A DNA stretch of 62,478 nucleotides, filler included, from 5 parts of 5 records of this genome joined end to end with filler, not necessarily neighbours in it; one strand, 5' to 3'; numbered from the whole stretch's first letter, positions 19,947 through 29,529 are shown. A program made the numbers and translations. The notes: generated by a model not told the origin, from the sequence alone.

Positions 19947-20612
19947 TTAAAAAATAATACCAAAATTAAATATCAGGCGATTTAAAATAGTAGTATCATC
20001 AATTTGACTATTCTTTGTAAGATCTGTGATACCCTGATTATAAACAATCCCAAACTTCATATAAGCATCACCTCCTAATGAATATTGTAATCCTCCTCCA
20101 AATTGATAGCCTAAATTCATAAACTTCACTTCGTCATTTATATTTTTTCCAGAACCATCATTGGTTTTAATATTAAACTGACCTGACATACCAAAAACAC
20201 CATAATAGCTGGTGCGCTGAAAATCATTAGTTTGTAACTTCAAACTTAGTGGCACTTCAATATATTTTAAACGATACTCTAAACTTTCGCCAGCTTGAAG
20301 AACTTCATCTTCACTGCCTATTTTAATATTAGTATCCTGATTATATCTTAATTTACCTCCGGTAGTATTAATAGTTAGTCCTGTAGATATAGCATAGTTT
20401 TTAGCAAAGAACTTATCCATTTCTATACCAAAGTTATAGCCCATTAAATTTCCATTACCATCGGCTCCACTATGATCCGATTTTAACCAACTCACTTGAG
20501 GGTTTAATACAAAAGCAAATCTATAATCCGATTCTCTTCCTGAGGCAGATTGTGCTAAAATTGATGATGATATTATTACAACAAATAGTACTAGAAAGCT
20601 TAATTTCTTCAT
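19947..20612 (-). CDS. Outer membrane beta-barrel (porin/PorT-like) protein
   Basis: Signal peptide, YIEVPLSLK motif, terminal Phe; -7 element at 20644-20651. Confidence 0.75.
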   Translation of the reverse strand: MKKLSFLVLFVVIISSSILAQSASGRESDYRFAFVLNPQVSWLKSDHSGADGNGNLMGYNFGIEMDKFFAKNYAISTGLTINTTGGKLRYNQDTNIKIGSEDEVLQAGESLEYRLKYIEVPLSLKLQTNDFQRTSYYGVFGMSGQFNIKTNDGSGKNINDEVKFMNLGYQFGGGLQYSLGGDAYMKFGIVYNQGITDLTKNSQIDDTTILNRLIFNFGIIF

Positions 20613-20682
20613 GGTTTCGATTGTATGAATTAGTTAGAACGTGCAAACATAATAAAAAACGAAAAATTACTTTTCTTATTTT

Positions 20683-21657
20683 TTAGGCCTCATCTAATCT
20701 TTTACCTAATCGTTGCGCAATAAAACTTATTACTATAAGCTGCAATGAATGGTAAACCATTATCGGAATGATAAATATTCCTTGTGAGGCCATATTTTTA
20801 AAAAGTACATTAGCCATTACCGACCCATGTACCAAAGATTTTTTTGAACCACAGAACAATGCGGTAATCTGATCTTCCTTTGAAAATTTCAGTTTTATGG
20901 CAATTACAAATACGATACCATAAACCAATGCAAAAACAATTACAATACATAAGGCCGTAATCAGCAAGTAAGTAAGTTTAATGTGCTCAAATATATTAGC
21001 CGAGAAAGATTTGCTAAAACTATTATAAACAATACTGAGAATAACTGTTTTATCGAATAAGGTTAGATACTTTCCATACTTACGTGCTGTTTTACCCAGA
21101 TATTTATTTAAGGATAACCCTAAAAGCACAGGCAACAAAATTTTTACAACTAAACTCATTACACTGGCACCGAAATCAAAATCTGCATCTCCGGTATGCA
21201 TAAACAAGCCCATCCATAAAGGTGTAATAATAATTCCCATTAAACCTGATATACCTGCATTAAATATTGCCCCAGGGATATTTCCTTTTGCAATTGAAAC
21301 CATTACAACAGAAGACGATACGGTTGAAGGTAAGGCTGCCATAAAAAACAAGGCCAACCAAAGCATACTGGTTTCTTTATTAAATTCTGCCAATGGTTTG
21401 AAAAATAAAATTATTAATGGGAAAATTACAAAGGTTGTAACCTGTACCAGGATATGTAATTTCACATTTGATAATCCTTTTTGCATGTTCTTAGGACTTA
21501 ATTTAAGTCCATAAAAAAAGAAGATCAATGATACACCAATTGAACTGAGTACCTCCAGCTCTATCAGGCATCCTTTGGCACCAATACCAGGTACGTACCA
21601 GGCCAGCACAATCATTCCTAATAAGGCAATTATAAAACCATCTATTTTTTTCAACAT
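20683..21657 (-). CDS. Bile acid:sodium symporter family transporter
   Basis: LPSTVSSSV, GNIPGAIFNA, FCGSKKSL; multiple TM helices. Confidence 0.88.
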   Translation of the reverse strand: MLKKIDGFIIALLGMIVLAWYVPGIGAKGCLIELEVLSSIGVSLIFFFYGLKLSPKNMQKGLSNVKLHILVQVTTFVIFPLIILFFKPLAEFNKETSMLWLALFFMAALPSTVSSSVVMVSIAKGNIPGAIFNAGISGLMGIIITPLWMGLFMHTGDADFDFGASVMSLVVKILLPVLLGLSLNKYLGKTARKYGKYLTLFDKTVILSIVYNSFSKSFSANIFEHIKLTYLLITALCIVIVFALVYGIVFVIAIKLKFSKEDQITALFCGSKKSLVHGSVMANVLFKNMASQGIFIIPIMVYHSLQLIVISFIAQRLGKRLDEA

Positions 21658-21767
21658 GCAAATTTAGTTTGGCGCAAAAATAACAATACATCTTTGAAAT
21701 CAGTCAACATAGGTATTTTGTTGCATTTTAATTAAGTTTGATGCGCTTAAAATTTAAACACAAATCC

Positions 21768-22787
21768 ATGTACAATTCACATATTCGTTTCTTTTTATAT
21801 TTATTGATTTTTGGTGTTATTCTTTTTACGGGTTGTAAGGACAAACGTATGTATCCGAATGTTAGCCATATTAATGTTGATGTAAAGCTGAGTCCTTTTT
21901 TCAAGGAATTTCATGCCATTGACACCTTAAAAATAGAAGACGCAGTTCTGCCTGTTTATCAAAAGTATCCTGAATTTATGGAAGCCTATTGTCAGCGAAT
22001 TATAAGAGTTGGAGCACGTGATGATAGCGAGTATGTTGCGAAACTAACAAGCTTTCTTACCTATCAGGCCAATAAGGATATTTTAAAAAAGACAGAAGAA
22101 ATTTACCCTGATTTTATTTTTTTAAAACAAGAATTAATTGAAGGTCTAAAGTACTATAAATATTATTTCCCAAATAAATCCTTACCTGAAATTTATTTAA
22201 TGGTTTCTGGTTTTAGCCAGTCGATTGCTGTTGATCAGCATTGGTTAGGCTTAAGTGTGGAAAAGTATTTGGGTGAAGGCTGTGAATTTTACGAATGGTT
22301 AGGAATACCGAAGTATTTGCGCAAAGGTATGGTGAAAGAAAAAATGGCTCCGGATGTACTCAGAGCTATGGCCTTAACTAATTTTCCTACACAAACCAAA
22401 GCTGAAGATGTGATTAACAGCATGATTTACAAAGGAAAAATCAAATATTTTGTAAAACGAATGTTCCCAGATTTAAAAGATACGCTACTATTTGATTACT
22501 CCAAAGAGCAAATGCAATGGTGTAAAAAAAATGAGTCTGAAATGTGGGCTTCACTGGTTGAATGGAAACACCTTTTTCAGGAAGATCGCATGTTGATTCA
22601 AAAATATACTGGCGATGCTCCTTTTTCAGCCAACTTTGGTAATAACTCAGCTCCCAGAGCCGGCGAGTTTATTGGATATAAAATTGTTTCGGCTTACATG
22701 AAAGAAAATGAAGAAGTAAGTTTGCAAGATCTAATGAACGAAACTGATGGAAGAAAGATATTGGCTGCTTCTAATTACCGACCATAA
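21768..22787 (+). CDS. gldB: Gliding motility lipoprotein GldB-like
   Basis: Lipobox FTGC; MIYKGK, WC..NE..MW, APF...APRAGEFIGYKIV. The -7 element TAAGTTTG at 21733-21740 overlaps the ORF-track TTG, favouring ATG 21768. Confidence 0.8.
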   Translation: MYNSHIRFFLYLLIFGVILFTGCKDKRMYPNVSHINVDVKLSPFFKEFHAIDTLKIEDAVLPVYQKYPEFMEAYCQRIIRVGARDDSEYVAKLTSFLTYQANKDILKKTEEIYPDFIFLKQELIEGLKYYKYYFPNKSLPEIYLMVSGFSQSIAVDQHWLGLSVEKYLGEGCEFYEWLGIPKYLRKGMVKEKMAPDVLRAMALTNFPTQTKAEDVINSMIYKGKIKYFVKRMFPDLKDTLLFDYSKEQMQWCKKNESEMWASLVEWKHLFQEDRMLIQKYTGDAPFSANFGNNSAPRAGEFIGYKIVSAYMKENEEVSLQDLMNETDGRKILAASNYRP

Positions 22788-23344
22788 TGAATATTGCAGA
22801 GCAAAAAAATCACATTCGTAAGGAAATAAAGCGATTAAAAAAACAACTTACTTCTGCAAATAAAGAAGAAAGTGCTTCACATGTATTTCTTCAGCTTGAA
22901 CAAACCTCAGCCTTTAAAAAGGCTAAAGGTATATTAGCATATTGGTCTTTGGACGATGAATTACCTACACATCATTTTATTGCAAATTGGCAGAGTAATA
23001 AAAACTTTTATTTACCTAAAGTTTGCGGGGATACAGTAACTGTACATAAATATGAAGGCGTAAATTCGCTTGCAAAAGGTAAGTTTGGAATTTGGGAGCC
23101 TACCGGAACTATAATTGATAGTTTTAAAGATATTGATTTAGTAATTGTTCCGGGAATTGCTTTCAGTCATAAAAAGGAACGTTTAGGAAGAGGTGGCGGT
23201 TATTACGATAAATTATTACCTCAACTACAACATTGTATTAAAGCAGGCATTGGTTTTTCTTTTCAATTATTAGATAAAATACCATCCGAAGTTCATGATA
23301 TTGCTATGGATATCATTGTAACTCCAGAACAAATTATCGCATAA
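22787..23344 (+). CDS. 5-formyltetrahydrofolate cyclo-ligase
   Basis: GIWEP, VPGIAF, RLGRGGGYYDK, HDIAMD. Confidence 0.92.
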   Translation: MNIAEQKNHIRKEIKRLKKQLTSANKEESASHVFLQLEQTSAFKKAKGILAYWSLDDELPTHHFIANWQSNKNFYLPKVCGDTVTVHKYEGVNSLAKGKFGIWEPTGTIIDSFKDIDLVIVPGIAFSHKKERLGRGGGYYDKLLPQLQHCIKAGIGFSFQLLDKIPSEVHDIAMDIIVTPEQIIA

Positions 23345-23371
23345 AAAAACCCCGCTAAAAAGCGAGGTTTC
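23343..23371. terminator. Terminator between the cyclo-ligase and ferredoxin genes
   Basis: A run, then AAACCCCGCT-aaaa-AGCGAGGTTT hairpin between convergent genes. Confidence 0.6.
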
Positions 23372-23394
23372 TTAAATCTTTCGATATTGCATCA

Positions 23395-23565
23395 TTATTC
23401 TGCAGGTTGAATAGCCTCTGTAGGACAAACATCTGCACAAGTTCCGCAATCAGTACATGCTTCTGCGTCAATTTTATAGATATCGCCCTCTGAAATAGCA
23501 TCAACTGGACATTCATCAACGCATGTTCCACATGCAATACAATCTTCGTTAATAACGTAAGCCAT
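23395..23565 (-). CDS. 2[4Fe-4S] ferredoxin (56 aa), absent from the ORF track
   Basis: MAYVINEDCIACGTCVDECPVDAISEGDIYKIDAEACTDCGTCADVCPTEAIQPAE has two CxxCxxCxxxCP motifs; -7 element at 23598-23605. Confidence 0.95.
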   Translation of the reverse strand: MAYVINEDCIACGTCVDECPVDAISEGDIYKIDAEACTDCGTCADVCPTEAIQPAE

Positions 23566-23717
23566 TTTCGTAATGTTTTATTAGTATTATAGACTAACAA
23601 AAGTATTTTCTTTTTTTTTATATAAAAACAATAATAACGCTTTTAGCTTTATTTGAAATGTTTTTAAATAGTGACATCCCTATTGTTTACAGGCCTTTCG
23701 GTCCCTTAATACCCTGA

Positions 23718-24908
23718 TTAATTAGTCATAATATCCAAGGCAATAAATGCCATTAATCCTACAGAAGTCTCTAAAGATGATTCATTTAAATTAAAACCGG
23801 GTGTATGCAACCCTCCGGTTGAAATATTGTTCATTTGTTTCACTCCGAAACGATAAAAAGTACATGGATATTTCTGCGTATAATATCCAAAATCTTCCGC
23901 CGTCATGCGTATATCCATTTTGTGAACATGCTCTAACCCAAGGTAGTGTTGTGCTGCGGTGTATGCTTTTTCTGTTACTTCAACAGCATTAGTCACCACT
24001 GGGTATCCATCATTTATTTTTACTTCACAGGTAGCTCCCATACTGGCCGCCATTTCTGTGGAGATTTTACGAATCTGTTCCTTAATCTTTGCTCGCCATT
24101 CTTCATTCATGGTTCTTAGCGTTCCAGCAATTTCCACTTTTTCAGGAATAATATTGGTAGCTCCATTGGCTATAACTTTGCCGAAAGACAGAACTGTAGG
24201 TATATTAGCCGGAACCATTCTGCTGACAATTTGTTGCAATGAAACAATGATGTTGGATGCAATCAGCACATTATCGGTCAAGGTATGCGGCATTGCTGCG
24301 TGACCTCCTTTCCCTTTAATAGTCAGGTAAATTTCATCACCAGAAGCCATGTACATACCTTCTTTAAAACCAACATCCCCGGCTTCCATATCAGGTAATA
24401 CATGTTGACCTATTATAATTTCCGGTTTAGGATTATCCAAAGCTCCTTCTTCCATCATTAATTTAGCACCCCCCGGAAATTTTTCTTCTCCCGGTTGAAA
24501 TATCAATAAAATGGTTCCTTCCCACTGATCTTTCAGTTCATTTAAAATACGTGCTGTTCCTAATAATGAGGCAGAATGCGCATCATGACCACAAGCATGC
24601 ATTACTCCTTTATTGCATGATTTAAATGGATTAGCTTCATTTTCTTCAATAGGTAATGCATCCATATCCGCCCTTAATGCTATGACTTTTTTATCCGGAT
24701 TTTTGCCCTTAATGGTTCCTATAATACCCGTTTTTACATAACCGGACTTGTAAGGTATGCCTAACTCTTCTAACTTATCACATATGAACTTAGAAGTATT
24801 GTACTCTTCAAATGACAACTCCGGATTGGCATGAATATGTCTTCTGATATCCAGTGTGTCCTGACTGTATTTTTGGGTTAGTTCCTGAACTATTTTCTTA
24901 AAATCCAT
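23718..24908 (-). CDS. M20D family amidohydrolase
   Basis: HANPELSFEE, RADMDALP, MHACGHD, QPGEE, GGHAA, AEDF; -7 element at 24932-24939. Confidence 0.92.
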   Translation of the reverse strand: MDFKKIVQELTQKYSQDTLDIRRHIHANPELSFEEYNTSKFICDKLEELGIPYKSGYVKTGIIGTIKGKNPDKKVIALRADMDALPIEENEANPFKSCNKGVMHACGHDAHSASLLGTARILNELKDQWEGTILLIFQPGEEKFPGGAKLMMEEGALDNPKPEIIIGQHVLPDMEAGDVGFKEGMYMASGDEIYLTIKGKGGHAAMPHTLTDNVLIASNIIVSLQQIVSRMVPANIPTVLSFGKVIANGATNIIPEKVEIAGTLRTMNEEWRAKIKEQIRKISTEMAASMGATCEVKINDGYPVVTNAVEVTEKAYTAAQHYLGLEHVHKMDIRMTAEDFGYYTQKYPCTFYRFGVKQMNNISTGGLHTPGFNLNESSLETSVGLMAFIALDIMTN

Positions 24909-24943
24909 GTTTACTCTTTAATTTTAAGCTGCAAATATACAAT

Positions 24944-25010
24944 AAACAGTGGACAGTGAACAGCTATCAGTTAACAGTAAGTAGGTAATTGGTTACTGTT
25001 AACTGCTTAC
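24944..25010. repeat. Heptamer-periodic inverted repeat (CAG[TC] x5 / ACTG x2)
   Basis: CAG[TC] at 24947/24954/24961/24968/24975; perfect 13-bp stem CAGTTAACAGTAA / TTACTGTTAACTG. Confidence 0.7.
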
Positions 25011-25039
25011 ATTTAACATCAAAGAAAAATCACTTCAAT

Positions 25040-25978
25040 ATGGGGCACCATCATCATTCTCATGATCATCACGATCACCACGGTCATCATCATCCTGAAT
25101 TAAAGGGAAAGAATCTGGTTATTGCCATTTTCTTAAATGTAATTATTACAGTTTCTCAGGTGATTGGTGCTATATTTAGTCATAGTTTATCATTAATGAC
25201 AGATGCCTTGCACAACCTCTCTGATGTGATGGCTTTAATCATCAGTTATGTAGCTAATCGTCTATTAAAAAAGAAACCAACCGAGAAACAATCCTTTGGG
25301 TATAAACGAGCTGAAATTATTGCGGCATTTATTAATGCTGCATCCTTGTTAGGTATTTCAATTTACTTGATTATAGAAGCTATTGATCGAATATTTAACG
25401 CATCTGATATTGAAATAAAAGGAGTGTTGGTGATGTGGCTGGCCGGATTGAGTATTGTTGCTAATGGTTTAAGCGTATTGCTTATTCAAAAAGATGCTAA
25501 ACACAGCATGAATATGAAGGCTGCTTATCTACACCTTTTTTCGGATATGCTTTCCTCTATAGCTGTTTTGGCCGGAGGTTTTGTAATGAGCTATTGGGGT
25601 TGGAACTGGGTGGATAGTGTTTTATCTATTTTGATTGCCATTTACCTGATTATTTCGAGTTGGAAGTTGGTGATTGGTTCCTTGAAGGTATTGATGCAAT
25701 TTACACCTCCTCAAATTGATATTGATGAAATACAACAACGCTTGTGCAGTATTGAGGATGTAGAAAACATTCATCATGTACATGTATGGCAAATTAACGA
25801 TCATGATTTTCATTTTGAAGCACATCTGGATTGCTCCAAAGATTTAAGAATTTCAGAAGTAGATATGCTTCTTGCTAAAATAAGAAAAGTGTTAGATGAA
25901 GAATTTCATATCCATCATGTTACCCTACAACCGGAATTACATGTTTGTCTTGATAAATCGTTAATTGCGAAAAAATAA
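25040..25978 (+). CDS. Cation diffusion facilitator (Zn/Co/Cd efflux, CzcD/ZitB-like)
   Basis: His-rich N-terminus, DALHNLSD, AYLHLFSD, HHVHVW, HVTLQPE; ATG 25040. Confidence 0.92.
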   Translation: MGHHHHSHDHHDHHGHHHPELKGKNLVIAIFLNVIITVSQVIGAIFSHSLSLMTDALHNLSDVMALIISYVANRLLKKKPTEKQSFGYKRAEIIAAFINAASLLGISIYLIIEAIDRIFNASDIEIKGVLVMWLAGLSIVANGLSVLLIQKDAKHSMNMKAAYLHLFSDMLSSIAVLAGGFVMSYWGWNWVDSVLSILIAIYLIISSWKLVIGSLKVLMQFTPPQIDIDEIQQRLCSIEDVENIHHVHVWQINDHDFHFEAHLDCSKDLRISEVDMLLAKIRKVLDEEFHIHHVTLQPELHVCLDKSLIAKK

Positions 25979-26009
25979 AAAGCGCGTAGACCTTTGTCCA
26001 CGCGCTTTT
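25978..26009 (+). terminator. Rho-independent terminator after the CDF gene
   Basis: AAAAGCGCGT-agac-cttt-gtcc-ACGCGCTTTT. Confidence 0.75.
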
Positions 26010-26068
26010 GATACCTCTTACCGTATCACTCTACACTATCAAAAACTATTAGGTTAATTTCTTTATTC

Positions 26069-26135
26069 TACATCATTATTGTCCGGTTAATCAGCACAAT
26101 TAAATTAATATGCAACTCCGCTGGAGTTGTAAATA
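26069..26135 (-). repeat. REP-like palindromic repeat; inverted copy of 51-111
   Basis: CAACTCC-gct-GGAGTTG hairpin at 26113-26129 plus conserved flank; the contig ends here. Confidence 0.8.
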
Positions 26136-26235
26136 NNNNNNNNNNNNNNNNNNNNNNNNNNNNNNNNNNNNNNNNNNNNTTAATTAATTAANNNNNNNNN
26201 NNNNNNNNNNNNNNNNNNNNNNNNNNNNNNNNNNN
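26136..26235. other. Artificial contig spacer (N44-TTAATTAATTAA-N44)
   Basis: Identical spacer occurs four times; stop codons in all six frames. Confidence 0.98.
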
Positions 26236-26385
26236 ATCCGCAAAGACCAACTTCAATTGGCTTCTATGTAGATCATTGTGGAGCCGTTGCGGTACCTCTA
26301 TATGTCTATCAATCAGATAAATACGCGAGCTATCTATCTTTATTATATAACTTGATGATATTACCGGGACGCGTTATGTTTTGGT

Positions 26386-26538
26386 TTATTTTTTAACGTA
26401 GTCGGGATATAGGCTTCGGGCGCATTCGGGGCAGAGGCCGTGGCTGAAACTGGCGTCGGTGTGGTCGGAGATGTAGGTTTCCACTTCCTCCCAATATCCC
26501 TTGTCATCACGGTTTTTTTTACAGCTGACGCATGTAGT
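26386..26538 (-). pseudogene. Remnant of the CxxC-KK-RDD-GYW...FSHG-C-PEC C-terminal domain of signalling proteins
   Basis: Frame reads TTCVSCKKNRDDKGYWEEVETYISDHTDASFSHGLCPECARSLYPDYVKK*; in-frame TAA immediately upstream and no start codon before the first CxxC. Confidence 0.7.
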
Positions 26539-26567
26539 TTAGAGATATAATATAAAGACATCCATAA

Positions 26568-26837
26568 TTTTATACGTTCACCTACAACGGCCAGGGCCTG
26601 CCGCTGACGAGCACGGGCGCGGACGGCCTGGTCACGGAATTCGGTTACAACACTTACGGCGACCTGACTTCGATCACTCAGGACCCGACAGGTAAAAACC
26701 TCGTAACATCTTTGGGACGCGACGCCGCCGGAAATGCTTCGTCCACCACCGATCCCCGGGGCAATACAACAACGCTTGTTTATAACTACAGGCGCATGGT
26801 CTCCCAGTCCACTGCGCCGGCTCCTTTTAACCACTGA
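26568..26837 (+). pseudogene. RHS/YD-repeat protein fragment
   Basis: Frame reads YTFTYNGQGLPLTSTGADGLVTEFGYNTYGDLTSITQDP...RDAAGNASSTTDPRGNTTTLVYN; bounded by stops, no usable start. Confidence 0.78.
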
Positions 26838-26838
26838 A

Positions 26839-26988
26839 ATGATGCCGGCAGAAATTGAGAATATATTAATTATGGGTGTCATAATAATTTTTTGGGAAAT
26901 AGATTGTTGCCTTGATCGCGGGGGAAGATGGAACTCCGAGGAAGGAAAATGTGAATACAATACAGCGAAGAAGCTGATAATAGCTTAA
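26839..26988 (+). CDS. Small membrane-anchored hypothetical protein (DCCLDRGGRWN...CE motif)
   Basis: ATG 1 nt after the RHS fragment stop; hydrophobic stretch then Cys motif; distal part of ORF 26734-26988. Confidence 0.45.
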   Translation: MMPAEIENILIMGVIIIFWEIDCCLDRGGRWNSEEGKCEYNTAKKLIIA

Positions 26989-27174
26989 ATAGTGGCAGCC
27001 ACTGAAAAAATCAGCCCCCCTAATATTATTTTCTGCTTCTACAGGCCATCCCATAATAATTCTATGGCCCAATCTCTGCTCCGGCAATAAAGAGCCAGTC
27101 CTTGATATATAAAAATTTCTTCTTTATTGACAACCCGCCCGGTCATGGATATTAAAAATCCAAAAGGAGACAAT

Positions 27175-27726
27175 ATGCATACCATTGGTAGACTGGCCGC
27201 CCGGTTCGGGTTGACCAGGAGCACCCTGCTATATTACGATTCCATCGGATTATTGAGTCCATCCGGGCGCACGGAAAGCGAATACAGGATATATTCGGAA
27301 GAAGACGCAAAAAGGCTTGATCAGATATGTCTGTACCGTCGGGCCGGACTGAAATTGTCGGATATTAAAAAAGTGCTCGACGCATCAGGCGGGGCCTTGA
27401 CTTCGATGCTGGAACAACGGCTCGACGAACTTAACGAAGACATAAACCGCCTTCGCAGTCAGCAAAGGCTGATAATCGGCCTGCTTCAAAACAACAGCCT
27501 TTTCGAGCGCATTACGGTCATGAACAAGGATACCTGGTCCGAGCTTCTTTCCGCATCAGGTTTCAGCGAAGACGACATGATAAAGTGGCATGTTGAATTT
27601 GAACGTCAGGACCCGGAAAAGCATCTGCGTTTTCTTGAATTTTTAGGCATTCCAGACGAAGAAATCGAAGCCATAAGATCTTATTCGCGGGAAGGGGCGG
27701 TCGGCATGGCAACTCCCGGTAATTAA
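27175..27726 (+). CDS. MerR family transcriptional regulator
   Basis: HTIGRLAARFGLTRSTLLYYDSIGLL...YRIYS; RBS AGGAGA at 27165-27170 supports ATG 27175. Confidence 0.92.
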   Translation: MHTIGRLAARFGLTRSTLLYYDSIGLLSPSGRTESEYRIYSEEDAKRLDQICLYRRAGLKLSDIKKVLDASGGALTSMLEQRLDELNEDINRLRSQQRLIIGLLQNNSLFERITVMNKDTWSELLSASGFSEDDMIKWHVEFERQDPEKHLRFLEFLGIPDEEIEAIRSYSREGAVGMATPGN

Positions 27727-27765
27727 CTCCGGCGCCCGATCAGTTTGATGAAATCCTGCCGTGAT

Positions 27766-27795
27766 AAAAAAAACCGGGCGATAAAACCGCCCGGT
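27766..27795 (-). terminator. Rho-independent terminator of the amino-acid ABC operon
   Basis: ACCGGGCG / CGCCCGGT stem with an A run on its left (U tail on the minus strand). Confidence 0.7.
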
Positions 27796-27821
27796 CAATA
27801 AATAAGATAAGCAACAGCTAA

Positions 27822-28562
27822 CTATAAAATCTGGTCCAGGAACTTTTGGGTCCTGGGATGTTCCGGATTTTCAAAAAAATGCTTGGGCGTTCCCACTTCC
27901 ACAACACGGCCTTCATCCATAAAAACAACCCGGTCGGCCACTTCTCTGGCGAACCCCATTTCATGGGTAACCACGACCATGGTCATGCCTTCCAGGGCCA
28001 GTTTTACCATTACGTCCAGAACCTCGCCGATCATTTCAGGATCAAGGGCGGAAGTGGGTTCATCAAAAAGCATGATTTTGGGATTCATGGCCAGGGCCCG
28101 GGCAATGGCCACTCTCTGCTGTTGACCGCCGGAAAGCTGGGCCGGATAACTATCGGCCTTTTCTATTATGCCCACTTTGTCCAGCAATTTCAAGGCGGCT
28201 TTCTTTGCTTCTTCGGGTGGTATTTTCTTAAGCTTAATAGGGGCCATGGTCAGGTTTTCCAGCGCTGTTTTATGTCTGAACAAATTAAAGCTCTGAAAAA
28301 CCATGCCCAGTTCCATGCGAACTTTTGTTATATCGCAATCCGGAGCAGCCAGGTCTTTGCCGTCAACTATGATCCTGCCTCGATCGATTGTTTCAAGTTG
28401 GTTGATGCTTCTCAGCAGGGTGCTTTTACCTGAACCGCTCGGCCCGATAACCACGACTTTTTCTCCGGCTTCCACGTCTACGGAAACGTCGTCCAGGGCC
28501 TTTAGAGCCCCGAAAAACTTGTATATGTTCTGTATTTTTATTATCGGCTCAGCGGCGCTCAT
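27822..28562 (-). CDS. Polar amino-acid ABC transporter ATPase (GlnQ-like)
   Basis: [43 protein letters not shown]. Confidence 0.95.
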   Translation of the reverse strand: MSAAEPIIKIQNIYKFFGALKALDDVSVDVEAGEKVVVIGPSGSGKSTLLRSINQLETIDRGRIIVDGKDLAAPDCDITKVRMELGMVFQSFNLFRHKTALENLTMAPIKLKKIPPEEAKKAALKLLDKVGIIEKADSYPAQLSGGQQQRVAIARALAMNPKIMLFDEPTSALDPEMIGEVLDVMVKLALEGMTMVVVTHEMGFAREVADRVVFMDEGRVVEVGTPKHFFENPEHPRTQKFLDQIL

Positions 28563-29334
28563 ACTGTCCCAGCCTTTCCTCCATAATACTGACCAGCTTG
28601 GAAAGAAGCAGCGTGATCAAAAGATAAATGACCGCCACCATTGTATATGTTTCAAAATAATCGAATGTGGTAGAAGCATATTCCCGTCCGCGGCGCAGAA
28701 GATCGGCCACGGCAAGTATTGACACCAGGGATGTATCCTTGAGCAGGGCTATGAACTCGTTGCCCACGGGCGGCAGTATTGTCCGCCAGGCCTGGGGAAG
28801 AATTACATAGAACATGGTCTGGGTGCGATTGAATCCCAACGAAAGGGATGCTTCGGTCTGGCCGAAATCTATGGATTCGATGCCGGCCCGGAAAACTTCA
28901 CCCATGTACGCGCCGTAACATACACTCATGGCGATGATCGCGGCCACAAAGGCGGGGACTTGTATGAACTTGGCCACGGCATAATAGATGTAGAAAAGCT
29001 GGACAAGGAGAGGTATGCCCCTGACGACTTCCACGTATGTGGAAGCGATCAGATTGATGTACTTATTACTGGAAATCCTGCCCAGGCCGGTGAAAAGCCC
29101 AATGACAATGGCCAGGGCGATGGAAGCAATGGTCACTTCAAAAGTGACCAGGATGCCGTCGGGTAAAAATTTGAAAATTTTCAGGTACGGATCCGGTTTG
29201 AATAGCAGCAGGCCTCCCAAAACCAAAAGGGCGCCGGCCAGGGAAATCCGCCAGGCCGACACCAGCCCCTTGTCATCGGAACGCGGTATAGCGGCGCCGT
29301 CTCCGACCTCTATTTTAACAGCTTTATCCGTCAT
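28549..29334 (-). CDS. Polar amino-acid ABC transporter permease
   Basis: [32 protein letters not shown]. Confidence 0.93.
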   Translation of the reverse strand: MTDKAVKIEVGDGAAIPRSDDKGLVSAWRISLAGALLVLGGLLLFKPDPYLKIFKFLPDGILVTFEVTIASIALAIVIGLFTGLGRISSNKYINLIASTYVEVVRGIPLLVQLFYIYYAVAKFIQVPAFVAAIIAMSVCYGAYMGEVFRAGIESIDFGQTEASLSLGFNRTQTMFYVILPQAWRTILPPVGNEFIALLKDTSLVSILAVADLLRRGREYASTTFDYFETYTMVAVIYLLITLLLSKLVSIMEERLGQYERR

Positions 29335-29489
29335 AATACTTTTTACTTTTCATCATGCGCCGCGTCGGGCGTAAGTAACGCGATATTTACTTCCTGAGAA
29401 TTCCGCCCGCGGTGAGCTTTGAAGATCAACAGTTAGAGGGCAATTGAAGAGAGAAGCAAATTTAGAGGAAGCATACCGCGGAAAAACAC

Positions 29490-29513
29490 GGGCCGGGCAA
29501 TTGGCCCGGCCCT
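29490..29513 (-). terminator. Hairpin after the substrate-binding protein gene
   Basis: GGGCCGGG-caattgg-CCCGGCCC with a nearby A run on its left. Confidence 0.6.
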
Positions 29514-29529
29514 TTAGTTTATTCAGGCT

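Noticed and set aside
23355-23600. 81-aa ORF from the track
   Set aside because: Wrong frame; the same DNA encodes a clear 56-aa ferredoxin (23395-23565).
25046-25093. His-codon run as a histidine attenuator or repeat
   Set aside because: It is the in-frame His-rich N-terminus typical of CDF metal transporters.
1-26135. Composite transposon or 26-kb mobile element bounded by terminal inverted repeats
   Set aside because: The interior is housekeeping genes with no transposase or integrase; assembly breaks at a dispersed repeat explain the pattern more simply.
26180-26191. Palindrome TTAATTAATTAA repeated four times
   Set aside because: Embedded in N runs; synthetic linker. ORFs running into it (32513-32830, 55752-56012) are artefacts.
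26361-26960. 199-aa minus-strand ORF
   Set aside because: No recognisable motifs; it is the shadow of the RHS fragment and an off-frame reading of the CxxC remnant.
27127-27160. MerR-type long-spacer promoter with dyad (TTGACA...GTCA)
   Set aside because: A -35 hexamer is present, but the dyad is only 4 bp and the -10 and spacing are ambiguous; not supportable.
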